Position numbers and translations under genes: made by a program
The notes under the pieces: generated by a model
Seen by the model: the letters and a program-made list of their open reading frames with translations, nothing else
Databases searched by the model: none
What the model was told of the DNA's origin: nothing
IMG/VR virus record: IMGVR_UViG_3300008108_000029
Source: an uncultured virus (IMG/VR IMGVR_UViG_3300008108_000029)
Taxonomy: Duplodnaviria > Heunggongvirae > Uroviricota > Caudoviricetes
Reading direction: 5' to 3' (one strand)
Length of the DNA: 20,000 nt
In this document: positions 1 to 7,887 of the stretch, piece after piece
How the letters are laid out: the number at the start of each line of letters is the position of its first letter
Position numbering within the stretch: the first letter of the stretch is position 1

Positions 1-2
1 TT

Positions 3-617
3 ATTGAAATAGCAGGTGATGAAGTGTCAGTTTCGGGAGATGGTGGAGTTATTACTAAATCACACGCTTTTTTGGAACATAAAATTATGAGAGATGTTTT
101 TAATAATAGGTATTCAAATACTAACAAAAAAAATATAAAATCTATAATATGGAAAGAATCGCATCGCAATACAAATCTTATTCGTAAAAATGATGTTGAT
201 TTATTAATATCAAAAGATATTAGGTTTAGGTTTTTTTTACCAATAAGAAATCCAATGGATTGTGCAATGTCAAATATGAATGGATATAAAAAATATTTTG
301 GTGCTGACACAGAAAGTAAGGAAGATGTATTGTTTGGTCTTTTTGAAATTTACAGTTGGTTTTTTGAACTGCAAAAAAAATATCCTGAACGCTTTATGTA
401 TTTGTTTGAAAATGATTTTAAAGAAAATCTATTAAAATTAGAAAATTTTTTAAAAATACAACATAATAAGGATTGGTATAAAGATGTAAATGATGTTTGG
501 GAATTAAAAAACAATTACAAACACGAACAAGATTTTATAAATCTATATAAATCTCTTGTGAGTAAACTAAAAGATGATTATATAAAAGATAAGTTTAATA
601 TTTTTTTAAACAGTTAA
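3..617 (+). CDS. Sulfotransferase-like protein, 5'-truncated by the window edge
   Basis: The frame is open from position 3, so the true start is probably upstream of the window. It contains WKESH and PIRNPMDCAMS, matching the RNPxDxxxS 3'-phosphate-binding motif of PAPS-dependent sulfotransferases, followed by a typical 'YLFENDF...LENFL' segment. Confidence 0.6.
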   Translation: MEIAGDEVSVSGDGGVITKSHAFLEHKIMRDVFNNRYSNTNKKNIKSIIWKESHRNTNLIRKNDVDLLISKDIRFRFFLPIRNPMDCAMSNMNGYKKYFGADTESKEDVLFGLFEIYSWFFELQKKYPERFMYLFENDFKENLLKLENFLKIQHNKDWYKDVNDVWELKNNYKHEQDFINLYKSLVSKLKDDYIKDKFNIFLNS

Positions 618-620
618 AAC

Positions 621-965
621 ATGAACCTAAAAGAAAAACTAAAAGACACAGAAAAAGTTATCACAATGTTACAAGATAACTATGGCGTTTTACAAAGAGG
701 AGGATTTGATATGATATGTCCTATTGTTCCACCTATTCAAGTAAAACAAAGGACACAAAATCAAATCACGGGTGCTGTTCACGAACAAATAGGATTGCAA
801 AAAAATTCTTGTAACACAAACTGTCCACTAATGGAGATAGGCGATAATCACGTTGTATTACATTGTGGGGGACATCCAATCAAGCACGAAATATCAAAGA
901 TTATTGATACAAATGAAGAAAAAGAAAGTAAAATAATCGGTTTAGGGTTAGGAGGTCAGGCGTGA
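621..965 (+). CDS. Hypothetical protein with four Cys (CP...CNTNCP...HCG), possibly metal-binding
   Basis: 114-aa ORF tightly packed between neighbours; its stop overlaps the next start (GTGA). Confidence 0.6.
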   Translation: MNLKEKLKDTEKVITMLQDNYGVLQRGGFDMICPIVPPIQVKQRTQNQITGAVHEQIGLQKNSCNTNCPLMEIGDNHVVLHCGGHPIKHEISKIIDTNEEKESKIIGLGLGGQA

Positions 966-1183
966 GTTTAATAAAAATAAGATTTAATAACGATTGCAAT
1001 GATGGAGTTAGTTGGTGGAGAGCAATTATTGATGGAGTTGAACATCATTTATCTGAAATAGTTATTAACACTAATAGTAGGACTACTAAAGATTATTTAG
1101 AAAGTAAAAATGAATACAAGTGGCACATTACTGTTGAAAGTTCTAACTATAAAATTCACAATGGCATACTAACTATTAATTAA
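962..1183 (+). CDS. Small hypothetical beta-rich protein
   Basis: 73 aa with a GTG start overlapping the upstream TGA, consistent with translational coupling. Confidence 0.6.
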   Translation: MSLIKIRFNNDCNDGVSWWRAIIDGVEHHLSEIVINTNSRTTKDYLESKNEYKWHITVESSNYKIHNGILTIN

Positions 1184-1229
1184 AATTTTATCTTTGCAAA
1201 AACCAAATAAAAACCAAAAAATAAACACT

Positions 1230-1775
1230 ATGACACCACTACAATCAATGAAAAAAAATTCAGAGTATGTAAAAATCTTATTAAAAGATTTACAACGTAA
1301 AACTGAAATTGACCAAAAAGTAGATTACTACAAAGCAATTCTAAAAGCATACGATTTAAAATCAGAAACACTTTCCAAAAAGATAGAAGTTCTTGAGATT
1401 AAGCATAACAATAGCAAAGAAAACTATGATTATGGTTATGATTTAAGTTGTCTAATTATCATCAAGATAGAGTTAGATGACGCTATATTTGAAAAGAAGA
1501 AATTTTTTGAAATGTGGCTATCAAGAGGTAAGGAATACGATGACAAGTTTAATATCTTATCAAAAGATTGCAACGATAACTTTGATGAAGTTCAAAATAA
1601 AGCAAAAGAATTAGCAGAGAAAAATGTAAAACTAAAATCTCATATTGAAAAATTTGAGAAAGAAGAAAATCCATCTCAACGTCTTAAAAACGAATATTAT
1701 CTACTTATTAAATATGAAGTTTACAAGGCAACAGAAAAGATTATAGGTTTAGCATTTGAAGATTATTATAAATAA
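1230..1775 (+). CDS. Hypothetical helical/coiled-coil protein
   Basis: The ORF track starts at TTG 1194, but 1197-1229 is an A/C-rich leader like those before other genes here, so ATG 1230 (MTPLQSMKK) is the likelier start. Confidence 0.65.
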   Translation: MTPLQSMKKNSEYVKILLKDLQRKTEIDQKVDYYKAILKAYDLKSETLSKKIEVLEIKHNNSKENYDYGYDLSCLIIIKIELDDAIFEKKKFFEMWLSRGKEYDDKFNILSKDCNDNFDEVQNKAKELAEKNVKLKSHIEKFEKEENPSQRLKNEYYLLIKYEVYKATEKIIGLAFEDYYK

Positions 1776-1786
1776 TTAACTTGTTA

Positions 1787-1876
1787 ATAGTCGGGGGTGT
1801 TTAACCTAAACTAATGTTAGTCGGTTTTAGCAGAGCATCCGATGGAGTAAGGAAACCATCTATAAAAACCGACTAT
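1787..1876 (+). ncRNA. Putative structured intergenic RNA element
   Basis: Perfect 11-bp inverted repeat tagtcggtttt (1818-1828) / aaaaccgacta (1865-1875) enclosing a gatgg/ccatc hairpin (1841-1860). A second atagtcgg copy at 1787-1794 can pair with the same 3' arm. Confidence 0.4.
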
Positions 1877-1896
1877 GAAATTCTAAAATTAAAAGA

Positions 1897-2520
1897 ATGA
1901 CACTTAAAGAATTTGAAAAAATATTTTCAAACGAAATAGTAAATCACTATTTAGAAAATCAAAAAACATTTGATGCTCACGGGATTCACGGATGTTTGCA
2001 TATATCAAGGTCGCTTATAATTTGCAGATGGATTTCAAAACAACTCAATGAAAAAGGACTTACTAATGATATTGATAAAGTAAGTTACGCAGTATCATTT
2101 CACGATTCGGGTAGAAAAGCCAATGGTATAGATTATTGGGAATGGCAAAGCAAATTAAATTGCCTGAACTATTTAATACAAAAAGGCATACCTGATGCTG
2201 ATTACATTTCATCTTTGATTGTAAAAAAATCGGATATGAACCACACTACAAACGATTTTCTTTGCCTTCACGATACAGATGTTTTAGAAATAATACGACC
2301 ATCAACGGGTATAGGTATTCAGGGATTCAATAGAGAATATCTAAAATTAAAACAAACAATAAACTATGATATAATATTCGGAGAGGTTGTTACTTTTATA
2401 TACGAAACCGAAGGCATAAAGCAACAATTCTTTGATAAAGATTGCTTACTAAATCTAATAAATTACTTGGAAGTTAATAAAAGTAGATTCCCAAATCTTT
2501 ATGACTGCACCAACTCATAA
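1897..2520 (+). CDS. HD-domain metal-dependent phosphohydrolase
   Basis: HGCLHISR ... FHDSGR ... LHDTD gives the H...HD...D arrangement of the HD superfamily. Confidence 0.75.
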   Translation: MTLKEFEKIFSNEIVNHYLENQKTFDAHGIHGCLHISRSLIICRWISKQLNEKGLTNDIDKVSYAVSFHDSGRKANGIDYWEWQSKLNCLNYLIQKGIPDADYISSLIVKKSDMNHTTNDFLCLHDTDVLEIIRPSTGIGIQGFNREYLKLKQTINYDIIFGEVVTFIYETEGIKQQFFDKDCLLNLINYLEVNKSRFPNLYDCTNS

Positions 2521-3022
2521 TCAAAATTTTAATGAATGGTTTAAGGGTTCAAAAGCAGTAGATGGTTTTGGAAATCCTACTATATTTTATCATAAAAGTC
2601 GTTCAAAAGAGATTTTTAATAGTTTTACTGATAATATTCAATATTTAAAAAATCCTTTTAATGATTGTGGTGGCATTTACTTTGTCGGAAAAGGTAGTGA
2701 ACCAAATATAGATTATATTGCTGATGGCATAGGATTTTATGTTTATTTGAAGTGCTTGAACCCACTAATAATTTGTGAAAAAATTGTTTTTAATAATCAT
2801 ACACTAAAAACAACTATTGAGATTAATGATATGTTAGGTAGAAAATATCAAATGATAGACATAAGCAAACCTTTCGTAAATAAATGTAAAGAAGAAAATT
2901 ATGATTCAATTTTTATTTATAGTCATAATTCTTACAATCAATATGTGGTTTTTGAGAATAAACAAATAAAGAGCATAGAAAACAATGGTCTTTACCAAAA
3001 TGATAATAATATATTTTCCTAA
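2501..3022 (+). CDS. Stand-alone ADP-ribosyltransferase-like protein (ART-PolyVal-like)
   Basis: FNEWFKGSKAVDGFGNPTIFYH...GIYF...VYLKCLNPL...YDSI...YVVFENKQIKSIENNG follows the pattern of the ART domain of phage polyvalent proteins (FxxWFGxSKVVDxxGxPLVVYHG...QIKS). Confidence 0.7.
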   Translation: MTAPTHNQNFNEWFKGSKAVDGFGNPTIFYHKSRSKEIFNSFTDNIQYLKNPFNDCGGIYFVGKGSEPNIDYIADGIGFYVYLKCLNPLIICEKIVFNNHTLKTTIEINDMLGRKYQMIDISKPFVNKCKEENYDSIFIYSHNSYNQYVVFENKQIKSIENNGLYQNDNNIFS

Positions 3023-3576
3023 TGAAATTATCAGTTTTAATTCCATCTCTACAAAGCAGAAGTCATTTTCTTGAAAGAGTTTTAGATTGCTTAAAAAAGC
3101 AAATAGAAAATAACAGTTATCAAGAAGTAGTAGAGATTAAAACACTTGTAGATAATGGAGGGCAAACAATAGGTCAAAAAAGAAACACGCTTAAAGCAAA
3201 TGCCAATGGCGAGTATATTTGTTTTGTAGATGATGATGACTTACTACCTGACTATTATTTACAAGAAATATTAAGCAGATTAAATAGTGGATACGATATT
3301 ATAACTTTCTACGTTGAGCATATTGTAGATGGCTCATATAAAAAATTAATTTGCCCTCATTTGCATATAGATAATCAAGAAATTAAAGGTTGTTTATTTT
3401 GGACTAATATGCTTCACCTTTGCCCACATAAAAAAAGCATATCTGATTTAGTTCAATTTCCAAATATAAATTTTTGTGAAGATTTAGAATATAGTAAGGC
3501 AATCAAAGAATATTGCAAAAACAATTCATTCATAGAAAAAATTATGTATCACTATGAATATAAATCTAATAAGTGA
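3022..3576 (+). CDS. Glycosyltransferase family 2
   Basis: KLSVLIPS, GQKRN, ANGEYICFVDDDD (DxD motif), and a downstream ED motif (FCED). Confidence 0.9.
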   Translation: MKLSVLIPSLQSRSHFLERVLDCLKKQIENNSYQEVVEIKTLVDNGGQTIGQKRNTLKANANGEYICFVDDDDLLPDYYLQEILSRLNSGYDIITFYVEHIVDGSYKKLICPHLHIDNQEIKGCLFWTNMLHLCPHKKSISDLVQFPNINFCEDLEYSKAIKEYCKNNSFIEKIMYHYEYKSNK

Positions 3577-4209
3577 TTAGCAATCAACTGAAGAATTAGG
3601 AATGTGGCAAACTTTGTATTCGCTATTTTCAATCTTTCTGTGATTTGTATTAGCCATAAGTTTATGTATAAAGTCCCAATCGTGTCCATATCCATTACAA
3701 CCTGACCAACTTATTTGAGGAATATTTTTATGTGCTATTGCTGAAGTTCCTATACTACCCCTTTCTAATTTAGTTTCCCTAACAACCGAACTTAAAATTC
3801 TATTTTCGGTAGGGTGAAATCTATAAATGATTGTGTCATTAAAATAAATCCAATCGTAATTTTGTATTGAACTTGCTATAATTTGAAGATGATTGTTTCC
3901 GAAAAAATCATCAGTATCAAGATAGCATATTATATCTCCTGTCGCTTTTTTGCAACCATAATCTCTTACTAACCCTGAAAAATATTCTTGCTTTGTTAAA
4001 CCGAATAATTTTATTTCATTAGATAAATGTTTTGTTGTTTCTGCAATAGTGATAGGGCATCCATCACTTACAATTATCAATTCTTTGTTTGGATACGTTT
4101 GTGATTTGAAAGAATTTACAGCCCTATTGAATTTATCAACTCTATTCTTTGCAGCATACATATAATCACCAAGAAAAGAAGCCATTATTACTGATACTTT
4201 AACAGACAT
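3577..4209 (-). CDS. Glycosyltransferase family 2
   Basis: KVSVIMAS, SFKSQTYPNKELIIVSDG, ATGDIICYLDTDD, GHDWDF. Confidence 0.9.
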   Translation of the reverse strand: MSVKVSVIMASFLGDYMYAAKNRVDKFNRAVNSFKSQTYPNKELIIVSDGCPITIAETTKHLSNEIKLFGLTKQEYFSGLVRDYGCKKATGDIICYLDTDDFFGNNHLQIIASSIQNYDWIYFNDTIIYRFHPTENRILSSVVRETKLERGSIGTSAIAHKNIPQISWSGCNGYGHDWDFIHKLMANTNHRKIENSEYKVCHIPNSSVDC

Positions 4210-4819
4210 ACATTTTGTATTTAAAATTAATAAAATCGTCTTTGTATATTTTGTTTACCAAACGGTATGATTTTAAATCATAGTAATCTTGAAAGCATAT
4301 TTTTCTATTGCTTCTATTTGTGAATGGAATATTTGAAAATTCCAAATTCAAATTCAATAGAATTGTAGATAAACTTGATGTATGATTATCATTTGATAAA
4401 GTTTCAAATTTGAATATGTGATTTGTTTTTATAGCGTTATTAACACTTAAAAAATCAGTTTGCGTTCTGTAAAACGTAGAATAATTTGTTTCTTCTTTTT
4501 TAAATCCAACGTAATAAAGCCAATTAATAAACTCATAGAAAGATAAATTTTTTATAGCATAATAATCTATAATATTAGGGTCAGACATTATATTCTCATA
4601 TATAGATACAACTAAATCATAAGGATTTCTTACATAAGAAAAAATGTTGTAATTTTTTATATAAGGATAAAAATTTATAGCAGTATCTAACGTGCAAATG
4701 TTTCCATAAATTAATCTTAAATCATCTACTTGTTTACTTATAACTTCTTTTACTGTTGTTCCTCCTGTTCGGTGTATATGTATAAAACAAAAATTTTTAC
4801 TATCGCTTATTACTGACAT
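4199..4819 (-). CDS. Sulfotransferase (Sulfotransfer_2 / carbohydrate sulfotransferase-like)
   Basis: FIHIHRTGGTTV (5'-PSB loop, usually FIHIPKTGGTS), VRNPYDLVVSIY (3'-PB motif), FKFETL, and C-terminal YKDDFINFKY. Confidence 0.85.
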   Translation of the reverse strand: MSVISDSKNFCFIHIHRTGGTTVKEVISKQVDDLRLIYGNICTLDTAINFYPYIKNYNIFSYVRNPYDLVVSIYENIMSDPNIIDYYAIKNLSFYEFINWLYYVGFKKEETNYSTFYRTQTDFLSVNNAIKTNHIFKFETLSNDNHTSSLSTILLNLNLEFSNIPFTNRSNRKICFQDYYDLKSYRLVNKIYKDDFINFKYKMYVC

Positions 4820-4837
4820 TGTTGATTATTATTTACA

Positions 4838-5311
4838 TTATAAATCTTTTTGTTGTTTTGTAACAACAATATTTTTAAAAATTTTATTCTTTATTAATAC
4901 AGATACTTCATTTGCTATATCTAATGCTTCTCTACCCGTTGTGTCTATTGGTAAGAAATATTTATCAGGTTTTTCATATCCTTCAACAAAATATTTTTCT
5001 CTACCTCTTATCTCACTTGTAAAAATATAGCACTCAAAAACTTCTGTCCTTTCTTTGAGTTCCTCTCTCAAATCTTTATATGGAGATATTAAAGATATAA
5101 TTGGCACAAACTCTTTTTTTTCAAGAAATAATGCAATATTGTAAGCAGTTTTTATATTATTTCTTCTTCCTGTTTCAGAGTAATCTTTGTTATTAAGAAT
5201 GTCCCTTAATTCATCTCCATCAATGTTAATTGAATTAGGAATTAATTTCAATAATTCTTTGGAAATAGTTGTTTTTCCTGCTCCTGCTTGTCCTGTTAAA
5301 TTTATAATCAT
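4838..5311 (-). CDS. cysC: Adenylyl-sulfate (APS) kinase, compact form
   Basis: P-loop LTGQAGAGKTT, IDGDELR, YSETGRRNN, SLISPY, YEKP. At 157 aa it lacks the DPKGLY lid segment of typical cellular CysC. Confidence 0.88.
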   Translation of the reverse strand: MIINLTGQAGAGKTTISKELLKLIPNSINIDGDELRDILNNKDYSETGRRNNIKTAYNIALFLEKKEFVPIISLISPYKDLREELKERTEVFECYIFTSEIRGREKYFVEGYEKPDKYFLPIDTTGREALDIANEVSVLIKNKIFKNIVVTKQQKDL

Positions 5312-5314
5312 AAT

Positions 5315-5518
5315 TTATTTTTGTTTATTAATTTTTATTTTATCCCAAATGTATTCGTATAAATAGTAAGTGAAAATTTTTATTATAAAGTCAGATATAC
5401 CTATGAATAAACCTAATGATGCCTGTCCTGTAATAAAAAAAGAAATTAAAAAAGTTATAAAAGAGGAATATATCCTGTATGTAAATGATTTAATAAAGTA
5501 AATTATATGTGTTTTCAT
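5315..5518 (-). CDS. Small membrane protein, DUF2061-like
   Basis: KSFTYRI...FFITG...KIFTYYLYEYIW pattern with two hydrophobic segments; lies directly upstream of cysC. Confidence 0.7.
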   Translation of the reverse strand: MKTHIIYFIKSFTYRIYSSFITFLISFFITGQASLGLFIGISDFIIKIFTYYLYEYIWDKIKINKQK

Positions 5519-5521
5519 TAA

Positions 5522-6265
5522 TTAAGCAGATATTCCACCCATATTAATTTCTTTTCTTAATAACAACTGCGTCCAATCAGAGTTATTATGTTCACACAAT
5601 ATACTTGTGTCAATATACTTTTGTATTCCTAACGCATCTGTATCAATAGCAAAGAATCCGTCAGGGTGCATAACTAAACCTTTTTCGTGTCTAAATTCAA
5701 ATTCATTAAGAATGTTTTTGTGCATTAAAACACATCCTAAACCACAATGAAATACTTTCATTAATTTACCATCAATATTTATTAAATCTGAACCTTCTTT
5801 CAAACTAATAGTTTCTCTTAAATCACCGAATGTTTCCATTCTTTGAGCCATCAAATGACTTTCGTATCCGAAATTAATCATATACATACCTGAAACAACT
5901 TCTAAATTATGTATCATAAGTCGTTCAATAACATCGGGAGGAGGAACTAAATCGCTTTCAAGATGAAATAAATAATCATAATTGTTAGCAATAGCATACT
6001 TTCTAATAGCATCGTGGCTCTCTGCTAATATCTTTTGTATTGAGTGATTTTTTGGCTTGATGTGTATTGCCTTAAATCCTTCTTTAATGAATCGTTTGTA
6101 ATTCTTTCTTGTTTCACTATTATCAACGATTAATACATCGTAGTAAGGATATGTAAATGTTTTTACTCTCGCTATGTATTCTTCAATACAATAGTTTTTC
6201 TTGTCAGAATGAGGAGTTCCTATCAAAACCCTTTTCTTTCTTCTAATAATGGATGGTGTTAGCAT
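5522..6265 (-). CDS. GT-A fold (GT2-like) glycosyltransferase
   Basis: VLIGTP, VLIVDNS, YDYLFHLESD (DxD variant), VVSGMY, CGLGCVLMHK, HPDGFF, IDTSILCEH. Confidence 0.8.
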   Translation of the reverse strand: MLTPSIIRRKKRVLIGTPHSDKKNYCIEEYIARVKTFTYPYYDVLIVDNSETRKNYKRFIKEGFKAIHIKPKNHSIQKILAESHDAIRKYAIANNYDYLFHLESDLVPPPDVIERLMIHNLEVVSGMYMINFGYESHLMAQRMETFGDLRETISLKEGSDLINIDGKLMKVFHCGLGCVLMHKNILNEFEFRHEKGLVMHPDGFFAIDTDALGIQKYIDTSILCEHNNSDWTQLLLRKEINMGGISA

Positions 6266-6271
6266 ACTTAT

Positions 6272-6478
6272 TTATCTTATTTTTGATTTTACTTTTGGTA
6301 TTTCAACTTTCAATACAACTTTATTGCTTACGAAACTATACCAACTATCTAAAAACCAATCATCAACTAATCGTGAATTTTTTTTATCCAAATAATTCAC
6401 TAATGATGTTTTAGTCCTAAATACCATTGGTTCTTTTCCCCAATCAATAACTATGTATAAATAACTTTTTTTAAGCAC
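6272..6478 (-). CDS. Small hypothetical protein, first gene of the minus-strand operon
   Basis: 68-aa ORF with a GTG start, ending 6 nt before the next minus-strand gene. Confidence 0.45.
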   Translation of the reverse strand: MLKKSYLYIVIDWGKEPMVFRTKTSLVNYLDKKNSRLVDDWFLDSWYSFVSNKVVLKVEIPKVKSKIR

Positions 6479-6724
6479 AAACTGTTATTATTTAAACGAT
6501 TTGTTTCCACAAATTGATTTTGTAAAATTAATATAATTTTTTCATTGATATTAACTATAAAAATTTATTATAATTTTTAAATTATACCTAAAAATGCCTA
6601 AAAAAACAATTAAGTTTTACAAAAACGTCATTTTGTGTCAGGATAAAAACTTTTACACCTGATATAGAGTAGATAATTTAGCAATCAGAAACAAAAATTA
6701 TTGTCAAACCTAAAAATTTAAAAA
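6479..6724. promoter_or_regulatory. Divergent AT-rich promoter region; candidate Bacteroidota-type -7 element TAATTTAG at 6674-6681 (+)
   Basis: The longest non-coding stretch, between divergent operons. TAnnTTAG is one mismatch from the TAnnTTTG consensus; there is no clear -33 element. Confidence 0.4.
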
Positions 6725-6817
6725 ATGAACAAAGAAGTAATTATCACAGCATTGTTAGCGTCAGTATTAACTGTTGCAATGATTGTAGCGAAAGAAAAAT
6801 TGATTGACAAAAAGTAA
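6725..6817 (+). CDS. 30-aa single-TM membrane peptide (absent from the ORF track)
   Basis: Hand translation: MNKEVIITALLASVLTVAMIVAKEKLIDKK*. It has an A-rich leader (tttaaaaaatg), an 18-residue hydrophobic core and a basic tail. Confidence 0.7.
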   Translation: MNKEVIITALLASVLTVAMIVAKEKLIDKK

Positions 6818-6829
6818 TCAAAAAAAAAC

Positions 6830-6887
6830 TAACTGACAGGGTTTAAAATGCTTGTTTACTTGTCGGTTAAAATTAACCAAATAAGCA
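6830..6887 (+). promoter_or_regulatory. Predicted H-type RNA pseudoknot in the leader of the candidate capsid gene
   Basis: P1 6830-6840/6859-6869 (11 bp, 2 GU) and P2 6849-6857/6879-6887 (9 bp, 1 GU), with loops of 8, 1 and 9 nt. Confidence 0.5.
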
Positions 6888-6915
6888 AAAAAAATAATAC
6901 TTAAAAATTAAGTAA

Positions 6916-7791
6916 ATGAAAAATGCAATGAACATTGACCGTTATATCGCTATGGCGGAAGAAAATTTTTCGGGGGCTAATGGCTACCAAGACCCGAATT
7001 TAGCGAATCTTGACCTTTCTTTTGAAGGTGAATTTGGTGCTGATGGAGATTATTATGATGCTGATGGAGATTATTATGATGCTGATGGCGACTATATGGA
7101 CGCTGACGGTTATTATGATGCTGCTGATGGAGATTACTCTTATGCTGCTGCTGCTCCTCGTGGCAGACGTATTATGGCTGCTCCTGCTCCTCGTAAAGTT
7201 GCTGCAAAACAACCAACTCCTTACCAAGTAAACGTATCAAACACGACAGCAGGTACTTTAACTGTTGTATTGTTTGGTCTTAACACTTATTTGTTAGACC
7301 CTAACTTTGGTTCTTCAACAGGTGTTACGGTTACTCCTGCACAGGTGAGTGTAACTTATTTAGAGTTATTAAACCAATCTGCATCTCAACCGTTTGAAAC
7401 TTCGTTAATTCGTATTCAAACTTCAACTGCTTCTCAATTAACACAAATTTTGACAGTTGTAAGTAAAGATGCTAATGGTCAATTATGTCAAATTCCTGTG
7501 ATTACGCAGTCATATTTCTCTGCTAATCAATTCCAAAGCACAATTTTGGATGTTCCATATCCTGTAAAAATTGACGGTAACACTTATGTTACTTTCCCAA
7601 TTTTAGGTAACACTACTGCAACATACACATTCTTCCCTGCGGAGAAAATCAATACTTCTCGTGTATTGGGTGGTGGTTCAGAATTACAACAATATTCTGC
7701 ACCTGCTGTTCCTGTTGCTGTTCCTATGTTTAGTGCAAGACCTGTTGGAATGAAACCTCGTCCAAAAATGATTCGTGCAGGACGTAGATAA
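6916..7791 (+). CDS. Candidate major capsid/virion protein: acidic repeat leader, basic linker and a ~150-aa beta-rich (possibly single jelly-roll) domain
   Basis: First long gene of the structural block, with codons typical of high expression (gct, cgt, ggt), its own terminator and no TM segment. The Thr/Val/Ser-rich core PYQVNVSNTT...TYTFFP has alternating beta-strand patterns. The fold is inferred, not shown. Confidence 0.55.
   Translation: MKNAMNIDRYIAMAEENFSGANGYQDPNLANLDLSFEGEFGADGDYYDADGDYYDADGDYMDADGYYDAADGDYSYAAAAPRGRRIMAAPAPRKVAAKQPTPYQVNVSNTTAGTLTVVLFGLNTYLLDPNFGSSTGVTVTPAQVSVTYLELLNQSASQPFETSLIRIQTSTASQLTQILTVVSKDANGQLCQIPVITQSYFSANQFQSTILDVPYPVKIDGNTYVTFPILGNTTATYTFFPAEKINTSRVLGGGSELQQYSAPAVPVAVPMFSARPVGMKPRPKMIRAGRR
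7039..7140 (+). repeat. 21-nt tandem repeat encoding (ADGDYYD) x ~5
   Basis: gctgatggagattattatgat is exact at 7039 and 7060 and degenerate at 7081, 7102 and 7123. Confidence 0.9.
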
Positions 7792-7813
7792 TCGTTAAAC
7801 AATAACGCAAAAG

Positions 7814-7853
7814 AAAAGGGCAGGTAATTTTATTGCCTTGCCCTTTTTTTTTT
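7814..7853 (+). terminator. Rho-independent terminator
   Basis: Stem aaaagggcaggtaat / attgcc-t-tgccctttt followed by a run of 10 T, just after the 7791 stop. Confidence 0.9.
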
Positions 7854-7887
7854 AATTAAAATATTTATAACGATTTATCTTAAACGT

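Noticed and set aside
1194..1229. TTG start at 1194
   Set aside because: The segment is an A/C-rich leader like others in the window; ATG 1230 is preferred.
1838..1886. gatggagt...aaaccg resembling a fluoride riboswitch, or a hammerhead core
   Set aside because: The fluoride P1 and pseudoknot partner are weak (no good actcc/ctaatga match), and there is no CUGAnGA hammerhead core.
7000..7802. Alternative-frame ORFs 7000-7227 (-), 7010-7231 (+) and 7584-7802 (-)
   Set aside because: Shadows of the repeat-rich, codon-biased 6916-7791 gene; their low-complexity translations (MLMEIIM, SISIII) mirror the 21-nt repeat.
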